A DNA stretch of 36,286 bases from Parasegetibacter sp. (lineage in GTDB: Bacteria > Bacteroidota > Bacteroidia > Chitinophagales > Chitinophagaceae): the NCBI GenBank assembly GCA_036562505.1, contig DATCKB010000402.1, forward strand, positions 1-36,286, in the 5' to 3' direction. Shown in pieces: positions 19,651-29,500 of this stretch. The stretch's first letter is position 1. Each line of letters begins with the position of its first letter. The notes under the pieces were generated by a model that saw nothing but the letters and a program-made list of their open reading frames with translations, had not been told where the DNA came from and searched no databases. The position numbers and the translations under genes are program-made.

Positions 19651-19837
19651 AAAGGAATCGTTTATTCTTATACCGGGAACCCATACACCGGGAACCGTTT
19701 TCTGGAAACCTTACAAACCGCTGAATTCGGGGATTGCGGTTTTATTAGAATTTCCCGAAGCATATAATAAAGCGGGTAATATACCGAGGGTAATATTACG
19801 GCAAACCTGTTTATTACAGAAATTTATTATACGTGTA

Positions 19838-20176
19838 TTACACGGCGAAACTTTCGCCACAGGCGCAGCTTCGGCTGGCGTTGGGATTATTGAAGAAAAA
19901 ACCTTTTCCGTTTAATCCGTCTGAAAAATCAAGGGTAGTATTGACCAGGTAGAGGAAGCTTTTTAAATCCGTCACCACTTTAATACCGTTATCTTCAAAT
20001 ACCTGATCCATCGGTTTCTGCTCATTGTCAAAGTCCAGTTTATAACTTAATCCGGAACAACCTCCTCCAACAACAGATACCCTGAGAAAATACTCCCCTT
20101 CACCCCCTTTTTCCGCCCTGGTTTCTTCCAGGAGCTTTAATACTCTCTCCTTTGCTTTATCACTAACAAAAATCAT
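19838..20176 (-). CDS. HesB/IscA family A-type Fe-S carrier
   Basis: GGGCSGLSY and NPNASRSCACGESF, with the three conserved Cys. Confidence 0.95.
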   Translation of the reverse strand: MIFVSDKAKERVLKLLEETRAEKGGEGEYFLRVSVVGGGCSGLSYKLDFDNEQKPMDQVFEDNGIKVVTDLKSFLYLVNTTLDFSDGLNGKGFFFNNPNASRSCACGESFAV

Positions 20177-20199
20177 ATCGGTATGTTTTTATATAATAA

Positions 20200-21402
20200 T
20201 CAGTTTTTAGCTGAATTGTTCACTTTAGTTTCCGACATATTCCATGCCGGACTGATTTCCCGAAGCCGAATGACTGCTTCAGTGACTTTTTTAACAGTAT
20301 AATCGATTTCTTCCGGGGTATTAAACCTACCCAAACTAAATCTGACAGAGGATTGTGCCAGTTCGTCATCCTGCCCCATTGCCAGCAGTACGTGCGAAGG
20401 ATCTAAAGAAGCTGAGGAACAGGCCGAACCGGAACTCAGCGCAATTTCCTTATTACATTCCATCATCAGTGCATCTCCGTTTACGTGGTTAAAACGGATA
20501 TGACAAACTCCCGGAAGTCGGTTGGCCTTATTTCCGTTCACATGTGATTGTTCGAGGTTCGCCAGCCCTTTCTCCAATTTATCTCGCAAAGATGTAATCC
20601 GTTTACGTTCTTCCTCACCTTCTTTAATGCAAAGTTCAGCTGCTTTACCGAATCCTACTATTCCGGGCACATTCAGGGTTCCGCTTCGCAATCCCTTCTC
20701 CTGTCCTCCTCCGTCGATTTGAGGTGTAAGTCTGACGCGCGGATTTTTCCTTCTGATATATAAAGCCCCTACACCTTTCGGTCCGTATATTTTGTGCGAT
20801 GAAAAAGCCATGAGATCAATACCATCCGCATTTACATCAACCGGAATCTTACCCACAGCCTGAGTTGCATCCGTAAAAAAAAGCACGTTATTTTCCCGTA
20901 CGACTGAACTGATTTTTTTTATATCCTGTATCACACCCGTTTCGTTATTGGCAAACATAACGGTTATCAGGATGGTAGCAGGTTTCAAGGAATTTTTTAG
21001 TTCGGTTATATCAATCAGCCCGTTTTCATCAACAGGCAGGTAAGTAATTTCAGCACCTAGTTTTTCCAGATGCCTGCAGGTATCCAGCACAGCGTGGTGT
21101 TCAGTAGAGCAGGTGATAATGTGATTTCCTTTGGAGCTGTACATTTCAAACACCCCTTTAATTGCGAGATTAATTGCTTCTGTAGCGCCGGAAGTAAAAA
21201 CTATTTCATTGGGTTCTGATCCGATTAAACCGGCTACGCGTTCGCGTGCTTGATTAACCGCTTCTGCGGCCTCCCATCCATATAAATGGCTGCGACTTGA
21301 TGCATTCCCGAACCTTTCTCTAAAATAAGGAAGCATTTCTTCAAGCACCCTGGGATCGCAGGGGGTAGTGGCATTATTATCAAGATAAATGGGATAATTC
21401 AC
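20200..21402 (-). CDS. iscS: IscS-type cysteine desulfurase
   Basis: PIYLDNNATT, FTSGATEA, SSHKIYGPKG (PLP Lys), RSGTLN and SSGSACSS (catalytic Cys). Start placed at GTG 21402; the track start at 21459 overlaps mce. Confidence 0.92.
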   Translation of the reverse strand: MNYPIYLDNNATTPCDPRVLEEMLPYFRERFGNASSRSHLYGWEAAEAVNQARERVAGLIGSEPNEIVFTSGATEAINLAIKGVFEMYSSKGNHIITCSTEHHAVLDTCRHLEKLGAEITYLPVDENGLIDITELKNSLKPATILITVMFANNETGVIQDIKKISSVVRENNVLFFTDATQAVGKIPVDVNADGIDLMAFSSHKIYGPKGVGALYIRRKNPRVRLTPQIDGGGQEKGLRSGTLNVPGIVGFGKAAELCIKEGEEERKRITSLRDKLEKGLANLEQSHVNGNKANRLPGVCHIRFNHVNGDALMMECNKEIALSSGSACSSASLDPSHVLLAMGQDDELAQSSVRFSLGRFNTPEEIDYTVKKVTEAVIRLREISPAWNMSETKVNNSAKN

Positions 21403-21431
21403 GATAGTTCTGTATTTTGAACGCGTTAATA

Positions 21432-21439
21432 CAAAGATA
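21432..21439 (-). promoter_or_regulatory. -7 promoter box for iscS-iscA
   Basis: TATCTTTG on the minus strand, 29 nt upstream of GTG 21402 and 2 nt before the mce ATG. Confidence 0.55.
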
Positions 21440-21441
21440 CT

Positions 21442-21843
21442 ATGTATAAAGTTGAACATATCGGGATTGCTGTAAAAGATCTCTCAACATCGGTTCCCCT
21501 GTATGAAAAATTATTGAATACATCTTGTTATAAAACTGAGGAAGTTGCTTCTGAAAGAGTATCGACCGCTTTTCTGCAAACCGGAGAAACCAAGATTGAA
21601 TTATTGGAGTCAACAGATCCCGAGGGAGTTATTGCAAAGTTTATTGAAAAACGGGGTGAGGGAATTCATCATATTGCTTTTGAGGTTCCGGATATTTATC
21701 AGGAAATGGAACGGCTGAGGAATGAAGGATTCCGGATACTCAATCCTGAACCGAAAGCAGGAGCAGATAATAAACTGGTATGCTTTATACATCCTGCTGA
21801 TGTGAATGGAGTGTTGGTGGAACTTTGTCAGGAGAGGCGCTGA
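21442..21843 (+). CDS. mce: Methylmalonyl-CoA epimerase
   Basis: VOC-fold motifs EHIGIAV, KIELLE, GEGIHHIAF and FIHP...GVLVEL. Confidence 0.93.
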   Translation: MYKVEHIGIAVKDLSTSVPLYEKLLNTSCYKTEEVASERVSTAFLQTGETKIELLESTDPEGVIAKFIEKRGEGIHHIAFEVPDIYQEMERLRNEGFRILNPEPKAGADNKLVCFIHPADVNGVLVELCQERR

Positions 21844-21936
21844 AATTATCAGCCATGGCGGAGGTTGGGTTACACAATACCCGATTTTACCCCGGGAAAG
21901 TGAAGGAAACCCTTCAAAATCAATATAAAAGGCATT

Positions 21937-21980
21937 AAAAAAACAATGCCCGGCTTAGAAAAGCCAGGCTTATTTTTTTT
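21937..21980. terminator. Bidirectional intrinsic terminator
   Basis: 9-bp stem GCCCGGCTT-AGAA-AAGCCAGGC (21948-21969), flanked by A7 on the left and TTATTTTTTTT on the right. It pairs fully (one G-U) when read on the minus strand. Confidence 0.75.
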
Positions 21981-22084
21981 CCGAACCTATGAATATTTTG
22001 AATAAAACTATTCGTATTATTTATTCGCAACCAAGAGTTTTTTCAATCTGCACTAAGGGAAACACTTACTAATTCCCGATTGCT
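21937..22084 (-). ncRNA. Candidate orphan sRNA of about 150 nt
   Basis: Bounded by a consensus promoter (22089-22119) and the terminator above. No ATG on the minus strand of the interval; a 5' stem-loop is present. Ends are approximate. Confidence 0.55.
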
Positions 22085-22088
22085 GATG

Positions 22089-22119
22089 CAAATATACTAA
22101 GTGTTTTTTTGTATCCAAA
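22089..22119 (-). promoter_or_regulatory. Full-consensus Bacteroidota housekeeping promoter
   Basis: TTTG (22116-22119), 19-nt spacer, TATATTTG (22089-22096) followed by C. Confidence 0.75.
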
Positions 22120-22368
22120 TTTTTTCAGACAAATATATTTTCCAAATCTCAAATATATTTTTTCAATATATTTTATCATTTGTAATAGGAGTAATTAGTG
22201 ACTGGTAGCAAAATAATAATGGAGAAATTTCTCTTTTAAATCAAAGAATTCCGGGGTGTTTAGCCACTTTCCGGGAAGAGTATGGCATTTTGCCTGAGTG
22301 CCGGGATCAAAATATGCAGCAGGATTTACGAAGTATAACAAGGAGAGGGCCGGACTTCGGCGGGCGGA

Positions 22369-23100
22369 TTAGTCGTCTGAATCAAGTTTTAGGAGGCCGA
22401 GTTTGTCAACAGCGATCTGTGCGGCAATCTGGCTGGCGTCTTTTTTATTATAGGCTTTTCCTTCTGAAATAACTTCGCCGTCAACTACGGCTGCGATAGT
22501 GAACAACCTGCGACCGTTTTCGAATCGTTCACTAATGGTTTCAAACTCGAGTACTTTCCCGTTTTTATTAGCCCAACCGTAAAGTTTGTTTTTGTGGTTG
22601 ATTTCAAGCAGTTCCAGATCATCCATAAAGAAGTGAGGGATGATTATCCGTTCCAGCACCCAGGTTCGGGTTTTATTATAGCCCTTATCGAGATATACTG
22701 CACCCACGATGGCTTCGAGGGTATTTCCGAAAATCTGGCTGATTTTAAGAGAATTATCAAGCCTGTTATAAAGTGTAATCTTCTTCATCCCCATTTTCAC
22801 CGCGATATCGTTGAGTTGCTGGCGGTTAACCATTTTGCTTCTCATTTCGGTAAGAAACCCTTCTTCGCGGTAGGGATATTTCATGAAAAGATAGTCAGCG
22901 ATAATGGCGCTTAGAACTGCATCGCCCAGATATTCAAGTCGCTCATTATTTTCGTCGGCGTTTTCTTTAACGGAGCGGTGAGTAAGGGCAGTACGATATA
23001 GAGAGATTTTACCCGGAGTAAATCCCAACACGTTTTTCAACTGTGTTTTGAATGAGCCCTCTACTGATTCGTTTCGAAAGAGTTTCTGAAAAAATTGCAC
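22369..23100 (-). CDS. rnc: Ribonuclease III
   Basis: ALTHRS, signature NERLEYLGDAVL, LEAIVGAVYLD and a C-terminal dsRBD (KKDASQIAA). GTG start. Confidence 0.96.
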   Translation of the reverse strand: MQFFQKLFRNESVEGSFKTQLKNVLGFTPGKISLYRTALTHRSVKENADENNERLEYLGDAVLSAIIADYLFMKYPYREEGFLTEMRSKMVNRQQLNDIAVKMGMKKITLYNRLDNSLKISQIFGNTLEAIVGAVYLDKGYNKTRTWVLERIIIPHFFMDDLELLEINHKNKLYGWANKNGKVLEFETISERFENGRRLFTIAAVVDGEVISEGKAYNKKDASQIAAQIAVDKLGLLKLDSDD

Positions 23101-23104
23101 AGCG

Positions 23105-24358
23105 TTAAGCTACGTATTTTTTGACAATGAGTGATGCATTATGGCCTCCAAAACCAAATGTGTTACTTAAGGCTGCATTAACTATACGTTGCTGAGGTTT
23201 CCAGAAGGTGAAGTTCAGGTTTTGATCGAGCTCCGGATCATCAGTGAAATGGTTGATAGTCGGAGGAACGATATCATTCTGAACACTTAGGATACACGCA
23301 ATAGCTTCAATAACTCCTGCGGCTCCTAGCAGGTGGCCTGTCATTGATTTTGTGGAGCTGATATTCAGGTTATAAGCGTGTTCGCCAAACACATACTTAA
23401 TAGCTTTTGTTTCAGCTATATCTCCCAGAGGAGTGGAAGTACCATGAACATTGATATAATCAATATCTTCCGGTTTCATACCGGCATCTTCGAGAGCAGC
23501 AATCATTACATTCTTCGCTCCTAGTCCGTCAGGATGCGGTGCGGTGAGGTGGTGAGCGTCGGCTGTTGCGCCGCCGCCAGCTATTTCACAATAGATTTTG
23601 GCTCCTCTTTTCTTAGCATGTTCCAGCTCTTCCAGAATAAGTACACCTGCCCCCTCTCCCATTACAAATCCATCGCGGTCTTTATCAAATGGCCGGCTGG
23701 CTGTTTTAGGATCGTCGTTCCTTTCACTGAGTGCCTTCATGGCATTGAATCCTCCAACTCCGGCTTCACTGATTACGCTTTCAGCACCACCGGTAGCAAT
23801 CATATCGGCCTTACCCAGGCGGATATAATTAAATGCATCGATGATGGCATTGGTTGAAGAGGCGCAGGCAGAAACCACAGAGAAATTCGGACCTCTGAAG
23901 CCATGACGCATCGATATATGCCCTGCAGCAATATCCAGAATCATTTTTGGAATAAAGAAAGGATTGAAACGGGGGGTACCGTCACCTTTGGCGAAGTTCA
24001 TTACTTCTTCCTGAAAAGTAATCAGTCCGCCTATACCACTGGCATAAATTACACCAACTCTGTCCAGATTGACATTATCGGCGGTTATACCGGCGTCTTT
24101 TACGGCCTGATCGCTGGCTACGACAGCGGTTTGAGTAAACCGGTCGAGTTTTCTCGCTTCTTTTCTGTCAAGATAATCGGTTGCCTCAAATCCTTTCAGT
24201 TCGCAGGCGAACCGAGTTTTGAATTTGGAGCAATCAAAGAGCTGAATGAAATCGGCGCCAGATACACCATTGAGGAGACCATTCCAAAAATCTGTAACAT
24301 TGTTTCCCAATGGGGTAAGGGCGCCGATTCCGGTTACGACAACTCTTTTTAATTCCAT
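23105..24358 (-). CDS. fabF: Beta-ketoacyl-ACP synthase II
   Basis: KRVVVTGIG, SACASS (Cys), INVHGTST and GHLLGAAG (His/His), SNTFGFGGHN. Confidence 0.97.
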   Translation of the reverse strand: MELKRVVVTGIGALTPLGNNVTDFWNGLLNGVSGADFIQLFDCSKFKTRFACELKGFEATDYLDRKEARKLDRFTQTAVVASDQAVKDAGITADNVNLDRVGVIYASGIGGLITFQEEVMNFAKGDGTPRFNPFFIPKMILDIAAGHISMRHGFRGPNFSVVSACASSTNAIIDAFNYIRLGKADMIATGGAESVISEAGVGGFNAMKALSERNDDPKTASRPFDKDRDGFVMGEGAGVLILEELEHAKKRGAKIYCEIAGGGATADAHHLTAPHPDGLGAKNVMIAALEDAGMKPEDIDYINVHGTSTPLGDIAETKAIKYVFGEHAYNLNISSTKSMTGHLLGAAGVIEAIACILSVQNDIVPPTINHFTDDPELDQNLNFTFWKPQQRIVNAALSNTFGFGGHNASLIVKKYVA

Positions 24359-24400
24359 AATATCCTGGCTGGAAAATTAAGCACGGGTGTTAAAAAAAAA

Positions 24401-24637
24401 TTACTTAGCGTGTTCTTCTAAGTATGCAACGGCCTGACCAACTGTAGTAATCGTTTCAGCCTGCTCATCAGGAATTGAAATATTAAATTCTTTTTCAAAT
24501 TCCATAATCAGCTCAACTGTATCTAAAGAGTCTGCACCCAGATCGTTGGTAAACGATGCTTCGTTGGTGACTTCAGCCTCATCAACGCCTAATTTGTCAA
24601 CAATAATTTTCTTAACTCTTGTTGCGATGTCTGACAT
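24401..24637 (-). CDS. acpP: Acyl carrier protein
   Basis: 78-aa acidic protein with the [11 protein letters not shown] phosphopantetheine site. Confidence 0.98.
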   Translation of the reverse strand: MSDIATRVKKIIVDKLGVDEAEVTNEASFTNDLGADSLDTVELIMEFEKEFNISIPDEQAETITTVGQAVAYLEEHAK

Positions 24638-24661
24638 GTTTGTAAGATTTAATTATGGGTG

Positions 24662-24741
24662 CAAAAATAGAATTTTATACCAAATAGCAATCAATACCAA
24701 TATTTTGTTCTCAACTTCTTTTTTCCTATGGGGCAAATATA
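24662..24741 (-). promoter_or_regulatory. Two -7 boxes upstream of acpP-fabF-rnc
   Basis: TATTTTTG(C) at 24662-24669 and TATATTTG(C) at 24734-24741 on the minus strand. Confidence 0.55.
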
Positions 24742-24832
24742 AAACTTTATTGCTGTTATCCGCTCATTCTCACACCTTTATAAAGAAGCAGAAAATCACC
24801 CGTTTAACAGGGTGAAATTACTAAATTCGTAC

Positions 24833-25264
24833 ATGGCACTAAAGATTCTAGATCACGGAAGCAAAGAGTATCACCAAATGGTGGAATTACGTACTCAAAT
24901 TTTGCGTAAACCACTGGGACTCACATTTTCCCCACAAGAGCTGGAAAATGAAAAAAATGACCTTCTTATCGGTGCATTTGAAGATGAAGAGATGCTGGGT
25001 TGCTGTATGCTGGTGAAAGAAAATCCGCAAATTATACGTCTAAGACAAATGGCGGTACAAAATAATTTACAGGGAAAAGGCATTGGTGCATCGCTGATGC
25101 ATTTTGCCGAAGACCTTTGCCGCGATTTGGGTGCCAGAAAAATAATCATGCATGCCAGAGCAACTGCTGTTGGCTTTTATGAAAAACTGGGTTATAAAGT
25201 AGTTAGTGACGTGTTTGAGGAAGTCAGTATCCCTCATTATATAATGGAAAAGGATATAGTATAA
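24833..25264 (+). CDS. GNAT family N-acetyltransferase
   Basis: Acetyl-CoA motif RLRQMAVQNNLQGKGIG and HARATAVGFYEKLGY. ATG 24833 preferred over GTG 24812. Confidence 0.92.
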   Translation: MALKILDHGSKEYHQMVELRTQILRKPLGLTFSPQELENEKNDLLIGAFEDEEMLGCCMLVKENPQIIRLRQMAVQNNLQGKGIGASLMHFAEDLCRDLGARKIIMHARATAVGFYEKLGYKVVSDVFEEVSIPHYIMEKDIV

Positions 25265-25455
25265 CGATTCATGCTTTGTTAACATTTTCATAATTGCATA
25301 AGTCCCTGACCATAAATGAACTAAATTTCCGGCTCCAAAAAATCAGCACTTAACCCCCTCAACCAGTAAATCTGTATAAACTACCTGCGCAACTCAGGTA
25401 AAATGACAGAACTTTACCTTTTTGTTGTTTAAACACTAAACCGATATATACGTTC

Positions 25456-26547
25456 ATGCGCACAGGAAAAATTATAAGATGGGTATTAATCTTAGGCGTT
25501 GCAGGACTAGCTACCTGGTTCATACTATCCAAGGCAAATACTAAAACCGAGAAAAAAGCAGGGCCCGCCAATGCCGGTCCGCAGCAACTGATTACAGATG
25601 GTCATATAGTTACGACCAGCGTTATCGACAACTCAGTACAATCAGCCGGAACCCTTCTCAGTAACGAATCAGTGGAGCTGAAACCGGAAGTCAGCGGAAA
25701 GGTCACCGGAATCTACTTCCAGGAAGGAAGTTATGTTCAGAAAGGAACATTACTGGTTAAACTATATGATGATGATATCCGGGCTCAGCTCAGCAAGCTG
25801 GAGTATCAGAAATCACTAGCCCAAAAAACCCTTGAACGCCAGCAGGAGCTGTTGCAGATCAATGGTATCAGCCAGCAGGAAGTGGATATTTCAGCTAATC
25901 AGATTAATATTCTGAATGCTGAAATAGACTATAATAAAGCTTTATTACAGCGTACGGAAATCCGGGCTCCATTTAGCGGTACTATCGGTATAAGAAATAT
26001 CAGTTTAGGTGCGATTATCAGTCCAACTACCGTAATCGCTACCCTTCAGCAAAACGATCCGTTAAAAATTGATTTTTCTGTTCCTGAGAAATACCGCAGT
26101 ATGCTGGGTAAAAATGATGAAATTCAATTTACTGTTGCAGGTGATCCAACTACACATAAGGGTAAGGTTTACGTGATAGATCCGCAGATTGATCCTGCCA
26201 CCCGTACAATTAAAATACGTGCCCTCGTCAATAATACTTCGGGGCGCCTCGCACCGGGTACTTTCGCGGAGGTAAAACTTATACTGAAGGAAACACCAAA
26301 TGCTATTATGATTCCCAGCCAGGCTGTTATTCCCGGAGCGAGAGAAAAAAGAGTGGTTATTGCGAAAAACGGAAGAGCAAAATTTGTTACTGTAGAAACA
26401 GGTATCCGCGATGCATCGAATGTGCAGATATTAAGCGGACTGAATCCGGGTGATACCGTTATAATCAGCGGTATAATGCAGATTAAACCGGATATGATGC
26501 TTAACATCACCAACCTGAAACAGCCTGAGTCTGACAATAATCAATAA
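25456..26547 (+). CDS. RND efflux periplasmic adaptor (membrane fusion protein)
   Basis: N-terminal TM anchor, EVSGKVTGIYFQEG, a coiled coil, IRAPFSG, IDPATRT and LSGLNPGD. Confidence 0.94.
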   Translation: MRTGKIIRWVLILGVAGLATWFILSKANTKTEKKAGPANAGPQQLITDGHIVTTSVIDNSVQSAGTLLSNESVELKPEVSGKVTGIYFQEGSYVQKGTLLVKLYDDDIRAQLSKLEYQKSLAQKTLERQQELLQINGISQQEVDISANQINILNAEIDYNKALLQRTEIRAPFSGTIGIRNISLGAIISPTTVIATLQQNDPLKIDFSVPEKYRSMLGKNDEIQFTVAGDPTTHKGKVYVIDPQIDPATRTIKIRALVNNTSGRLAPGTFAEVKLILKETPNAIMIPSQAVIPGAREKRVVIAKNGRAKFVTVETGIRDASNVQILSGLNPGDTVIISGIMQIKPDMMLNITNLKQPESDNNQ

Positions 26548-26576
26548 CCGTAACCAGAAACTGAAACAGCAACAGA

Positions 26577-29500
26577 ATGAGTTTACCTTCATTATCTCTC
26601 CGGCGGCCGGTACTAGCCATTGTGATGAATATTTTGATTGTGATTTTTGGGATAGTAGGCTTCACTTTTCTGGGTGTACGCGACTATCCTGCCATTGACC
26701 CGCCAATCATAAACGTCAGAACATCCTATGCCGGTGCGAATTCCGATATTATCGAAAATCAGATTACAGAACCCCTGGAAAAGGCCATTAATGGTATTCC
26801 GGGAATCCGGAATATTACATCTACCAGTGCTCAGGGCACGAGCAATATTACCGTTGAATTTGAACTAGGTGTCAACCTTGAAGAAGCAGCGAACGACGTG
26901 CGCGACAAAGTATCGCAGGCATCAAGATCTCTTCCTAACGACCTCGACGCCCCGCCTGTGGTGTCGAAAGCCGACGCAAGCTCTGATGTAATTATTGCTA
27001 TGACGGTGCAGAGTAATACCAGAAACCAACTGGAGGTTACCGACTATGCAGTGAACAATCTGGTAGAGAAACTACAAACAATTCCCGGAGTGAGCGGCAC
27101 CCAGATTTGGGGAGAGAAGAAATATGCCATGCGAATCTGGCTGGAACCCTCAAAGATGTCGGCCTATAATATTACCGCTTCTGATATATTAAGTGCACTA
27201 AACCGCGAGAATGTTGAGCTCCCATCCGGAAAAATAGCCGGTAATGCTACCGAACTCACAGTGAGAACCTTCGGAAAACTGGTAACTGAAGAAGACTTTA
27301 ACTCACTGATTATCCGTAACGACGGCGGAAATGTAATTCGCTTAAGGGATGTGGGGAATGCAGTGCTCGGACCGGAAAATGAAGAAACTGTTCTGAAGGA
27401 GAGCGGTGTGCCGATGATTGCAGTGGCTATTATCCCTCAACCAGGTTCCAACTACGTCGCGATCTCAGATGAATTCTACAAGAGATTTGAAAGAATTAAA
27501 TCAGAAGTACCTGAGGATATTACGCTGAATATTGCGCTCGATCAGACTCGCTTTATCAAGAAATCTATTCTGGAAGTAGAAGAAACACTTCTCATAGCAC
27601 TTGTACTCGTAATATTGATTATCTATTTCTTCTTCCGCGACTGGCTGATGGCCTTACGTCCGCTGATCGATATTCCGGTGTGTCTGATCGGTGCTTTCTT
27701 TATCATGTACATATTCGACTTCTCTATAAATATTCTTACCCTTCTGGGAATTGTACTGGCAACCGGATTAGTAGTGGATGACGGGATTATCGTTACGGAA
27801 AATATTTATAAGAAACTGGAAAAAGGCGTACCGAAAATGAAAGCGGCCCGTGAAGGTTCTGAAGAAATCTTCTTCGCCGTTATTGCCACTTCCATTACAC
27901 TCGCTTTCGTATTCCTTCCGATTGTGTTTCTGGAAGGATTTGTGGGAAGGTTGTTCCGCGAGTTTGGAATAGTAGTAGCCGGTGCCGTACTGATTTCTGC
28001 GTTCGTTTCTCTTACTCTTACTCCGGTACTAAACGTTAAGCTTACACGAAAAGTTCATAAACATTCCTGGTTCTACAGGAAAACAGAACCGTTTTTCAGA
28101 GGAATGGAAAACGGGTATAAGATTTCGCTGACGCGGTTTATGAAAATCAGATGGATCGCGCCCATCATTATCCTGTTATGTTTCGGGGCAATTTTCCTGC
28201 TTTTCAAAACCTTACCTTCCGAACTGGCACCTATGGAAGACAGAAGTCAGTTCCGCCTTTCCGTTTCTGCACCTGAAGGTACTTCCTTCGATTACATGGA
28301 TGATTATATCGATAAGCTAAGTGCTTTTATGAAGGATTCAGTACCCGAGAAAACAGTTATCATCTCTGTAACCTCTCCGGGATTTGCCGGTAGCGGTGCT
28401 GCCAATTCAGGATTTGTGCGGGTTGCTCTCACAGAACCTAAACACCGTGAGCGGTCGCAGCAGGAAATTGTTGACATGGTCAACAGAAACCTGAGAAAAT
28501 TCCCGCAGGGCAGAGCTTTCGCCATTCAGGAGCAGACCATCCAGGTTAACCGCCGGGGCGGATTACCGGTTTCCTTTGTTTTGCAGCATATCAATTTCGA
28601 TAGCCTCAGCAAATATTTACCTGAATTTCTGGAAAAAGCAAACCAGAATCCCGTTTTTCAGGGAGTTGACGTAGATCTTAAATTCAACAAACCGGAACTG
28701 AAGGTTGAGATTAACCGGGCAAAAGCCAGCGAACTGGGTGTTTCAGTTGCCGATATCAATGAAACCCTTCAATTAGCGCTGAGTAACAGACGTTTCGGGT
28801 ATTTTAATATGAATGGAAAACAGTATCAGGTAATCGGACAGGTAGCCAGAGATTACCGTGATGATCCTTTCGATCTGCAAAACTTTTATATTAAAAATAA
28901 TCAGGGACAGCCGATACAGCTGGATAACGTAGTAACCATCAGTGAATCTACCAGTCCGCCACAGATTTATCACTTTAACCGTTATAAATCGGCAACCGTT
29001 TCAGCCGGACTTGCACCGGGTAAAACTATTGGAGATGGTATCAAAGCCATGCAATCTATTGCTGATGAAATGAATTTGAGTGACCATGGATTCCAGACCT
29101 CGTTATCAGGGTCATCGCGCGACTATGCTGATAGTTCTTCTAATATCATGTTTGCCTTTATTCTGGCACTGGTGTTGATTTACCTGATTCTTGCTGCTCA
29201 GTTCGACAGCTTTGTTGACCCGGCAACCATCATGGTTACTGTACCACTTGCGATTGCGGGAGCACTCATTTCGTTGTGGATTTTCGACCAAACGATCAAT
29301 ATATTTTCGCAGATAGGAATGATTATGCTGATTGGATTGGTAACGAAAAACGGAATTCTGATTGTTGAATTTGCCAACCATAAACGGGATGAAGGATTGA
29401 ATAAAATTGAGGCGGCCATTGAAGCGGCAAGCATGAGGCTTCGTCCGATTCTGATGACCAGTCTGGCTATGTCGCTCGGTGCACTTCCTATTGCATTATC

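Noticed and set aside
21403-21459. 19-aa N-terminal extension of IscS overlapping mce
   Set aside because: GTG 21402 gives the canonical xxPIYLD start, and the promoter box lies inside the supposed extension.
22290-22472. 60-aa + strand ORF
   Set aside because: TTG start, overlaps the rnc 3' end antisense, and has no motif.
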